This document shows positions 53,861 to 64,000 of a stretch of DNA of 64,000 nt, piece by piece (within the stretch, counting starts at the first letter, position 1; every line of letters starts with the position of its first letter). A model generated the notes under the pieces. That model was not told the DNA's origin and ran no database searches. It saw nothing but the letters and a program-made list of their open reading frames with translations. The position numbers were made by a program, and so were the translations under genes. The stretch spans positions 140,678,001-140,742,000 of the forward strand of contig NC_042998.1 in assembly GCF_006345805.1 (NCBI RefSeq), written 5' to 3'. The stretch is from Octopus sinensis. Its lineage: Eukaryota.

Positions 53861-55202
53861 AATAATACTATAAACAGATTTAATTCATTGGCCACACGGG
53901 CGACAGACGAAAGAGAAGTACGTTTAACGTAAAGATAAAAAGTGTACATGTCTATACAGAAATCAGATTATAGAGAAAAAAAATGCATATAAAGCACGTG
54001 ACATAAACAGACCAAATAGAGGTCAACGCCAGAGAGGATGGCTTCCATTTAGATTTTATGGAGTTCCTTATTGGATCTAAGATCACCCTGACCCCTACAT
54101 GTCCTCCGTCTCCGCCAACTTGCCATTCCCCGACCTATAAGAGGAACATACAGGTTCCGTTAATGCGGGACACGTTTGCTGTTGTATGTAACCCATCGTT
54201 TAGAAAATTAACTGGAGGAGGGCATCCACCATTACCTCTCCACCTTCATTTTCTTTTCCGAGTAGAACTTTCAAGGTCCAACCAAGGAAAACAACCATCC
54301 AAGATCTCCTTGAACACTGGGGGCAAATGCCCTTTACAGTTTTGCATTCTGATTTAGCAGGCTTTGCTAAATGATGGTAATAATAATGCTTCAAATTTTT
54401 GGCACAACGCCAACAATAGTTTTAAAGGAGAGTTGGTATATGTTGATACCCTCGACCTCAGTACTTGTCTGGGACTTTATTTTATCGACGTAGAAAAGAT
54501 GAAAGACAAAGTTAATTTCAGTGGTATTTGAACTCAGAACGTAAACAGCCGGAGTAAATAGCGCAAAGTATTTCACCCAACAATAAATAAGAGACACAAG
54601 CAAAATGAGCAGCAAACTGAGTATTCTATAATTTTACACAACAAGCGAGCCAATAAGGGAATCTCTATGTGGTAGCTCGAAATGCAAGAAATAACAGTCA
54701 AATCTACAGATCACAACCTTAAAATAGGATACATAAGATAACGTAATACAAGATGGGCTTCGACCTTAAAACAAGACAGGACAGTCATGGATGGAAATAC
54801 TTTTGATAATAGGTTTATTTGATCACACCAATCTAGGGGTTTTATATAAGAACTTTTATGCAGTCCAAAAATAGATTTTAAAAAATCTTTTAGGAGGGAA
54901 GGGCAAGTATCCATGACCTTCTGAATGTTTGCACCAGAATACACACAAGATGCCAGACGGTGGTGGTTGCGATAATGTTAAAATGGGCTTCAGATTTAAG
55001 ACGACTAACCATGAAGGCCATGGTAATATTTGAACGCAGAATGCAGAAAGCCGGTACAAATGACACAAGTGTCTGACGTTCTTAGTGTCTATTAGCTACA
55101 TGAGCTATGCTGCTCTAAGCAAGACACTTTTGATTTAATAACGATAAACAAACTACAGTCTACACAAGATAGAGAGAGAGAATCTTAATTTTACAAATAC
55201 AT

Positions 55203-55510
55203 AGTTAGGCACAGGTGCAGCAGTGTGGTTAAGAAGCTTGCTTCCCAACCATGTGGTTTCAGTTTCAGTCCCACTGCTTGGCATTTTGGGTAAATATCTA
55301 CTACTGAAGCCCTGAACAACTTTGAGTAGATTTGGTAGATGACAACTGAAAGAAGCCGAGAAGCCTATCGTATATGCGTTATTTGTGTGCTTCGTGTTTT
55401 CAAAGAAACCTGTATCTGGCCACAGAGAAGGGAATATCACCTTGCTTTGGAAATAAGTGAGGGTTAACAACAGGTGGAGCCTCCGGTTGTAGTAAATCTG
55501 CCTAAACAGG
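55203..55510 (+). mobile_element. SINE family A, diverged
   Basis: AGGCACAGGTGCAGCAGTGTGGTTAAGAAGCTTGCTTCCCAACCATGTGGTTTCAG... Confidence 0.7.
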
Positions 55511-55829
55511 CATGGAAAAGTGGGGGTTAAAAACGACAATGTAATATTAATTTAACTGTTCGGCCTTAAGACATAACATACAGGCAGTTTCGAATTTGAA
55601 TGCAGGAAAGGATAGACTTTTTTTTGTTTGCCATCCCCAAATCCATGAGTGGCAAATGGTCACCCCATAACACCAGCTCTATACAAACCACCTCCAAATA
55701 CTGGTAGAAAATTTTTTTTTACAACAAATAAGGTAACACAAGAAACAGAAAAATTCAACATTGAATTTAATATAACACAAACACTTAACTAAACAACCCC
55801 CTAAAAACACACACAAGGAAAACAAACAA

Positions 55830-57720
55830 TGATATCTTTGAATTTTGGCACAACACCAGCAATTTTAAGTGAGTATATAAGTTGATTGCATCAACCCCAG
55901 TGTTCAACTATTACTTATTTTATCGATTCCGAAAGGATGAAAGGCAGTCAACTGTGGCAAAATTTGAACACAGAATATAAAGAGTTGGAAAAAATGCTAA
56001 GCATCATTTTGTCTGACATGCTAATGATTCTGCCAGTGAACCACCTTATAGAAAACAAGCAATAATAAATATTGCACAAATCTCAAAAAAAAAAAAAAAT
56101 CCACACTGCCTAGAAGTAGTATAGTAAACAAAATGAAAAATAAATAAAAATAAAAAGCATGAAGTTGCTGAAAATACAATATGTGTGTGTGTATGTATGT
56201 ATGTACATACTACTTAGGTACAAGGTCATATTTTTAAGGTGGAGAAGAAGGCGGGAGTACTTGACTAGTCCCTTATTTAAACTGACCTCAGGGGGTCATT
56301 TAAGCTCAGAATATAAAGCCTTGAGAGTAGATTTGGTAGACAGAAAGTAAAAGCCCATTGTATGCATATATGTAGGGGGGGGGGGTGTATTGTGCGTCTG
56401 TCTTGGTGTTTGAGTTTGTACCCCACTGCCACTTGACAACCAGAGTTGGTGTGTTTACGACCCTGTAACTTAGCAGTTTGGCAAAAGAGTACAATAGAAT
56501 AAGTACAAGCCTTAGCAAAAAATTAGTACTAGGGTTGATTCATTTGACTAAAAATTAAAAAAATTATCTAGAACTACCAACTATACCAGTCATTATCCTA
56601 ATAATTGTTTGCAGCACAGAGACATGGGGCCTGAAATTTTGTTTATCAGGGATTTAGTCAATTCCATTGACCTCAGTGCCCAACTGGGACTGGTACTTTA
56701 TCTTACTGGCCCCTGAAAGGATGGAATGCAAAGTTGACCTTGGAAAAGATTGATGCCCGAATGTAAAAAGAGTTTCAACAAATACTGCAAGGCATTTCCA
56801 CCCAATCAAATACCCTCGTAATTTTGTCAAATACATCACCAATAACAACAATGGAAATAAGCCAATTATTTAGGGCTATTTTCACCCAATTTCGTTATTC
56901 GAGTTGAAGAAATTAAACTCAGACTTTGCTCAGGCCTTAAGTTGATCAAATTTTGACAACGCTTTCGTTGTAATACAGATGGCTCTCTTCATTTTAGTTA
57001 ACGAAGCCTAACCTTAGTTAAATCAAATTTGGATAACTATTATATAATGCCTCAATTCATTATATTTAACGAAGCATAACTTGGATAAATGAAAGCATAC
57101 TGCTGTTGATATTCAATGGAGATTTGAGATTTAGTCCACAAAGGATTTTAAAATCAGCAGGATTTTCAGAAATTTGATTAGGGATATAAAACATCAAACA
57201 TTATTATCGTGGTAAGTTATCAGCAAATGGAGCCCACAAAAGATTCAGCACCCAGCTGGAACCACTTTGACTAACAAACCCACTTGAGGGGGGAAGTACA
57301 TCTCTCGGGAATTCTCTGCCTCGCATTGTTAATAAATCTGAGATATTCCTATACTTAATTAGGGAAATTATCAATGTCATTATCATTATATTTATCGTCA
57401 TGGCTGCCATGCTGGAGACAGTGATTGCATGTCTACAACATAAAACTTTTATAGCTCTTTAGGGGTGGAAAATTAATTTTGTGTTTATATGCTAAAAGCC
57501 ATTATGCTGTACTTTTGTAGGCAGCAAAACTGGCAGAATCATTGAATCATTGGATAAAATGCTTTGTGATATTTGTTTGAGATTTTTACATTTGGAGTTC
57601 AAATCCTGCCAAGGACAATTTTGCCTTTCATTTTTTTTCTTCTGGAGTCAATAAAATGAAATACAAGTACTGGAGTTGATGGTCTCAGCTAAATACTTAT
57701 TCCTCAAAGTTGCTGGACTT
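55830..57720. mobile_element. Three diverged SINE B copies: minus at ~55830-56045 and ~56630-56800, plus at ~57520-57720
   Basis: AATTTGAACACAGAA...GATTCTGCCAG (minus); GAAAGGATGGAATGCAAAGTTGACC (minus); CTGGCAGAATC...GGAGTTCAAATCC (plus). Confidence 0.65.
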
Positions 57721-58197
57721 GTACTTAAATCAGAAACCCTGAAACTACTTTTGATAATACATTTAAACTAGTCTTCAAAATATCTTTTATGAAAACAGCC
57801 CCACTGTATCTTAGACAGAAAAGAAATTTCAGTCATAAATTGTCAAGAAGAAACAACTTTCATTGGGTCCTGCAAGAGAGAGATGCTTAGGTCAAGACTC
57901 ATAAGGGTGGGGCTTAACTTGGATTGCATGACATATAATATAGGTTACAACACTTGCCCCTGGACAGGACAATAGTCCATTGCAGGGTTAACTTCCCAGC
58001 TATTGTTGAAACTTATTTATAGCTGAGTGGACAGGAACACTATCAAATGAAGTGTTTTACTCAAGAACGACGCACTGCCCAGTCTGGGAATCGACACCAC
58101 AATCTTACAATCATGAGTACAATGCCCTAACCACAAGGTTACATGCTTTCACAATAGAGAGATGAGAAATACTGAATTACTAAAGTGCTGTACTTAC

Positions 58198-58877
58198 TTC
58201 TCAGTGGTTGGTGCCGAAAGGTTTGGTACTGATGGTAACGTATCCTTTTCATAAATGGTACTAATCCCACTATCGATATTACTGCTAGCATCTGAATGTT
58301 TGCGAACACTGGACTTTCGCACATGACTCCGGCCACGTTCCGAATCCTTGTGTGCAAGATGATAGTCTGGGTGATTTCGAGTTACAGCCTCGCCCATGTA
58401 GCACAACATACTGTGCTTCTGTGCTTCGTGTTCAATTTGTTGCCGGCTCTTTCCTTCCCGTGAACTGTGGTGGTGGTGGTGGTGGTGATGATAAATGGTG
58501 GTCTCCTGTGAATGATGACCGCCGATTGACTTTTCTTCACCCACACCACTGTCATATGACCACATTGAATTTAAGTCCTTGTCTTTCTTCTTGTAGAGAG
58601 CGTGCACCTTGGAAGCAAGTGCTGGCACTGGAACGGAAGGCATACCAGGCACCATGGCTTTACGGTGTGCACGTTCAGGAGATTTGGGTTTCGGAGAATG
58701 ACCGCCCGGAGAGCGAAATGGCGTCTGCTGGGCAGAACTCTCCCATATCCGCGAGCAGTGCTCCTCTAAGATACTATCCGCTAGCTCATCATCAATGGGC
58801 ACAATTGGAATAAGTGGGGGTAGCTTTGATGAAGCTGTGACATTAGCAAGGTTTTTACTCTCTTCAATATCATTGCT
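58198..58877 (-). CDS. AXIN: Axin exon, 680 nt (beta-catenin-binding region, His run)
   Basis: tttcag|AGC AAT...GAG AA|gtaagt; ADSILEEHCSRIWES matches the Axin ILDEH-SRV beta-catenin-binding motif. Confidence 0.95.
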
Positions 58878-59548
58878 CTGAAATAGAAAGCAAATAGGAT
58901 GATTATGTAAAATCACACTTGGTTTCAAATAAAAAAAAAAGAAAAAGAAAAAATCAGATTATATATAGGTTGATAAAACATATTGTGAAAACTAAGAGTT
59001 CTATATTTTACACAAGAGTCTAAATAAAGTATTGGAGAGAAACATAGGGGTCTTCAGTTTCAACATTGACAAAACAAGACATCCAACCACATAAGCCATG
59101 CCAAAAATGAGACACTGGAGGAAGACCTGGCCCTCCATCCTGGTAAATCATGTCAAGCCATCATGGAAGGTGGATGTAAAATGACCAACATGACCATGAT
59201 GATAAGAACATGTATGCTCAAAGAATTGGGCAAACTTTGAAAGGTTAAAAGTTATTTATCTTACCACCATGAAAGATGAAAATAAAAGTTGTAATGTTCA
59301 CTATTGATAAAACTGATTAGAGAAAAAGTGGATGGCGTGGGGAGGGAGGGGAAATAACACAGCTTTGCAATCAGAATGGTGTTAAGAAATCAAAGCACAC
59401 CAAGATCCATCGGATTCTGTGTAGTGATGATCTAAATATAATAAACAGATATTGATCAAACATGTATCAATGAGACGAAAGGCAATACAGACGTGGAGAA
59501 GGAAGGAAGGAAGGAAGGTGAAAGAGAAAGACAGTAATGCAAACCTAC

Positions 59549-59695
59549 CTCACTGATGCAACGAATACTCTCCCTCAACTTCTCATCTCTTTCTTGTTCC
59601 AAGTGAACCTTTTCTAATCTCTCGATTAACATGGATGCAAACTTTTCAGTGTCAACTTCTGCAATGTTACGGTCTTTTGGTGCTCGGTCAGTTCT
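59549..59695 (-). CDS. AXIN: Axin exon, 147 nt, phase 0-0 (GSK3-interaction helix; missed by the ORF track)
   Basis: ttacag|AGA ACT GAC...AGT GAG|gtaggt; RTDRAPKDRNIAEVDTEKFASMLIERLEKVHLEQERDEKL resembles the Axin KFAxxLIxRLExV GID motif. Confidence 0.95.
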
Positions 59696-59819
59696 CTGTA
59701 AACGTAGGAATTAAAAAACAATTATGGTCAAAACTACAAAGAAACAAGACATCCAACAGTAAACACTTCATAAGAGATTATTATTATTATTATCATAATA
59801 AAGACAACTATGAGGTAAT

Positions 59820-60500
59820 CATTAGATCATCAGATAGAATGCCTTGCAGTATATGTACATTCTGGCTTTCTGCACTCTGGATTCAAATGCTGCTGAGACC
59901 AACTTTGTCTTTCATCGTTTCAGGGTTGATAAATTAAGTACCAGTGAAACACTAGGGTTCATGTAATCAACTAGTCACCACCCCGAAAATTTCAAGCCTT
60001 GTGCCTTTAGTAGAAAAGATTATTATTATTATTGAAGGTGGTAAGCTGGCAGAATTGTTAGCATGCCAGATGAAATGCTTAGCTGTATTTTGCCTATCAC
60101 TACATTCCGAGTTCAAATTCTACTGAGGTTGATTTTACCATTCATCCCTTCTGGGTCGATAAAATAAGTACCAGTTGAACAATGGAGTCAATGTAATCGA
60201 CTCATTCCCTCCCCCCAAATTGCTGCCCTTGTGGCAAAATTTGAAGCCATTATTATTATGGCAAGCTGGGCTAACAATTCTGCCAGCTTGCCATCTTTGC
60301 GCATACCTTCCATGCTGGCAAAATGCTAAGTGGTAGTTTGTCTGCCACTATGTTCTGAGTTCAAATTCCGTTGAGGTCAACTTTGCCTTTCAACCTTTTG
60401 GGGGTCAATTAAGTACCAGTGAAACATTAGGGGTCAATGTAATAGAGTAACCCCTTCCACCAAAATTTCAAGCCTTGTGCCTTTAGTAGAAAGGATTATT
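59820..60500 (+). mobile_element. Stack of three diverged SINE family B copies
   Basis: Repeated GAGTTCAAATTC...TTTCATC...AAGTACCAG...AAAATTTCAAGCCTTGTGCC...(TTA)n. Confidence 0.8.
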
Positions 60501-61494
60501 ATTATGATAGTGTAGACAGCCAAGATAACTGCAGAACATTATAGATGCGTTTTTCGTACTTTAGTACATTCTGTAAAGTGGTTGGCATGAGAAAGTGCAT
60601 CCAGCCATAGAAAGCATGTCAAAACTGAGACACTCGAGCAAGATGTGGTCCTATGCCCCACTGGATCCTATTGCATTGTCCAATCCATGCTAGCCTGGAA
60701 AGTGAACATGAAATGAGGATAAGGAAGCTGATGATCACTGTTTTGATTTTACATAGTATAAGACAATTTTGTTGGTTTACAAGACTGAACAAAGTCAGCA
60801 AGTATTAAACACAATAAACCAATGCAGATAAAAAGCAGAAACAATCACCACCAAGAGAATTCCATAAGATACAGTAGTTGGTTAATAACACCCGAACACA
60901 TGTTTAGATTCCTTCTAGTCTTTGGAGAACTGAAACTTAAAAAATTTGTTTTGGACTAATTTCAGTTTCGTAATTGGCATAAGAAATGAGTGAAGGAGGG
61001 GGTTAGAAGCAGTCAATTACCATATTTTCCAGTATAAAAGTTTAAATATTTCAGACCAAAATTTACAGGGAAAAAAAAAAAAAAAAAAAAAAAATCGACT
61101 TGCACCTAGACAACTTTAGAGGACCAAAAATTTCATGTGAAATTCAGCAGGATTTGGGAAGATATTCACAAATATTTGAAATGTCTACATTATATATTAT
61201 GGTAACTTGTATCCTGGAAAATGCAGTATATTCCTTGTGAGGGGGTTTCATCTAGGAAATCTTACCTGTAGAATTATACAACAATTTTTAAAAAGTTTGT
61301 AACAACATAAAAAGAAGAGAAAATAAAAAGTACTAAAGGAGAAACAAAACAACTTGTTTTGTTGCTTAGTGGCAATAATTGTAAACTCCCAATGGAATAC
61401 CTAAACTCTGATCCAGGAGGCAATAGTACCAAAAATATAAGATTGGGTGGAGTGAGCAGTAATTGTCTGTCCACAATAATTAGGTTTTACTTAC

Positions 61495-61606
61495 AGGGAT
61501 GAACTGTTGGTGAATAGGTGCGTCCTTACTCTCACGATTCTGTTCCGCTCGCTTCCGTACTGTTCTTCTCTTTTGATATGATTTTGTATGGATTGGAATG
61601 CCATCA
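61495..61606 (-). CDS. AXIN: Axin exon, 112 nt, phase 2-0 (most 5' exon found in the window)
   Basis: ttacag|T GAT GGC ATT CCA...ATC CCT|gtaagt; DGIPIHTKSYQKRRTVRKRAEQNRESKDAPIHQQFIP matches the Axin DGIP...HIP segment before the GID exon. The frame differs from track ORF 61491-61730. Confidence 0.88.
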
Positions 61607-61935
61607 CTGTAAGAGAGAGAGAGAGAACATATACAGTTAGAGACTGAAACAAGCGGGGAGAGGAGGAGGAGGAGAAAGAGGAAGACAAAGATACACAGAG
61701 AGGAGATTGAGAAGAGGTGATAATAAACATATACCCAGGAAAGATATATAGGTAGATATAGGTGTGTGTGTGAGTATGGAAAACAGGATGCTAAAACAAA
61801 ATGTGTGTGTATATATATATATATAATGCTTTATATATTTATCATACATATATAATACCTTATATATGTATAATACATATATATAACGCATTATACAAGC
61901 ATATAATATATTACATAATAGGTATAATCCATTCT

Positions 61936-61975
61936 ATCTTTCAGAAGAAGAGTGAATACTCGAAACGTAAGGCAT
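61936..61975 (+). other. Degenerate minimal hammerhead-like motif
   Basis: CAGAAGA(61942-48) A GAG tgaata CTC GAAA CG T A: stem II, GAAA and ACGT palindrome are intact, but core U4 is A and stem I is weak. Confidence 0.45.
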
Positions 61976-63425
61976 TTCCTTCACCCCCACCACCATTTCC
62001 TGAGTATCAAAGCAATATTAACCGTTTATTTTTTTACATCATCTTTGTGTTGTATTCTTTGCATCATATATGTGTGTTTGTGTGTGTAACATTGGTGCCA
62101 TGAAAAATACTCCTAGTATGCAGTTACAAAGTGGTTGGCAATATTAAAGGTGTATCCGGCCAAAGCACCAATCTATGGGAATAGTGATTCCCTATAATAA
62201 ACGAATCAGAGTGTAGAGAGCAGATGTAAATGGAATGATGATGATATATATGCATTACATATATATGAAATATCACTTGCTTAGCTGCCACTCAAGGGCA
62301 AGGATGACCTGCTAGGTTGTGCTACACGTTCACTATTTGGTTTAGGTGCCTATTTAGTAGCAAGCGGATGCAAGCACCTTCTAGGCCTGGCTCTTCCAAC
62401 TCTTGACCTGAGAGAACATCAAGGATGTGATGATAGCTGAAGGAAGAGAAGGCAGTGTTTTCAGCCGCAGAGACTGATGCAATGTCAAATAAGCCACTTG
62501 GTCCAGAAATCATGAATACCGAGTAGTGTGATTGTGGCCCTAAATTCATCAACCACAAGGTCATGAATATTCACATATGCAATAATATATCTGGTACATA
62601 TAGATTTATTATAAATTATCTATATACCTTTATTTTTATATATAAAAAATATCTGGTATATATATATTATACGTGATATTCATATACATTTGTTTATCTT
62701 TATTATATCTATTTTGTGTATGTATATTAACACACATCAGTTTTATATTATCTATATGGTATAAGTATATTTTTATAAATACATGTGCAAGTAGGTGTGT
62801 GTATATAAATATATATATATATATATACACACACACACGTGTATACATATATGCACATTTACATACACTTATACAGAAAATTTACAAATATATTGATGTA
62901 ATATACACACAAACCATGCCTATACGCATATACCTAGACAGACACGCTCTCTCCCATTCACACACAAATACTTTCTCTTTCTCTCTCTCACATATAAACA
63001 AATTATTTCCAGCTGCAACCTGAATGCACTTCCTAATATTGGTACTTATTACCTTACAGTCTGCCACTAGCCATATCTTGTAATGAATGAGGTACAAATA
63101 TCAGAATGCTCTGAAACTCTAAAGCCTTATAAAATAGCAACAGAACCAAAACAGTTTTCAAATGTAAAAAAAACTCTAAACGGTCTTTGTTAAACATCAT
63201 CTGACATTTCAACGTATTGTTTTGGGTACAGAGAGATCGCAGATTCTAAGGATGAACCCCCATAAATTCTTGCAGTGCGAATCTTTTTAAGAGTGAGAAC
63301 TTAAGAAATCTTAATGAGGTGGATGTGATGTTCATGCGTTTAACCAAGGATGTTTAGCAGAGAACAAATAAAGCATCTGAATGCTGAAAATGAGATTAAA
63401 TGTAGATTTTACTTTGGACCCCTGC

Positions 63426-63665
63426 ATCTGTGGTTCCCAACCCTTTTTTGCTTTTTTTTTTTTTTTTTAACATACGGACCCCTTCGATTCGTATTTTATT
63501 TATTCTATTGGACCCTCGCTGTTTAAAAAATCCTATTATATTTTTATAATTAAATAACATTAGGAATTATATAAAAAAAATTGTTAAAATACTTTGTATA
63601 TTGAAATATAATCAATTTATTGTAAATAAATTTCAACAACAAAATCTTATATGGACCTCTTTTGA
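63426..63665. mobile_element. hAT-like MITE, same family as 18585-18845, right end lost
   Basis: TGTGGTTCCCAACCC...GGACCCC...AAAAAATCCTATTA...TTTTATAATTAAAT...CAACAACAAAATCTTAT shared with the 18.6-kb copy. Confidence 0.6.
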
Positions 63666-64000
63666 GAGCCATTGTTCTATATTAAAAGTCAGAATTAATT
63701 GATATTCAATCTTTAGTTAGTTCAGATCGAGTTGACCTATGGTCAAAAGCATTCCAGCCATGACCACCCCATATTAAAATTCAGAATAGGAAGGGTTACG
63801 TTATGTAACATGTACTTAGAGGGAGTATTCTTACTACTTTGGATGGTCTAACATGTCAAGAAGGTCTTGTAATCAACCAATAGTAACTGGAGTCTAATGT
63901 AATGGACGAGAGAGTGAGAGAGAGAGAGAGAGAAATTAGAGAGAGAGAGAGAGAGAGATTAGAGAAATATGCAGAAAACAAAATAACGAATGTTGACATC

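Noticed and set aside
61491-61730. Track ORF VMAFQSIQNHIK... overlapping the Axin exon
   Set aside because: Wrong frame: only the DGIP...QFIP frame matches Axin and splices in phase to the next exon.
61607-64000. Search for the next upstream Axin exon, including ORF 62322-62564
   Set aside because: No frame resembles the expected APATSANDSE/RGS segments and no convincing splice pair was found; these exons probably lie beyond the window.

Overview
AT-rich, microsatellite- and SINE-dense eukaryotic DNA; the repeat families and (TACA)n/(GA)n tracts suggest an octopod cephalopod (inference, not confirmed). The only host gene I can support is the 3' part of an Axin gene on the minus strand: 8 coding exons from 61606 to the stop at 32014, all with GT-AG boundaries and matching phases, about 606 aa, including the GSK3-binding helix, beta-catenin-binding motif and DIX domain. 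The RGS/tankyrase-binding 5' exons lie beyond the window end, and one intron spans 21.7 kb (36480-58197). Downstream of the gene (1-27 kb) is a transposon field. It holds a degenerate Ty3/Gypsy element with four nested insertions, one of them a 5'-truncated CR1-type LINE whose ORF2 is broken by one 2-nt deletion and whose ORF1 has two CCCH fingers. It also holds a ~21-copy 130-bp tandem array built from SINE heads inside a locally duplicated block, RTE and MITE fragments, and a complete type I hammerhead ribozyme motif at 1850-1906. Most long ORFs in the supplied track are translations of microsatellites and are not genes. Coordinates were counted by eye; repeat boundaries are approximate.
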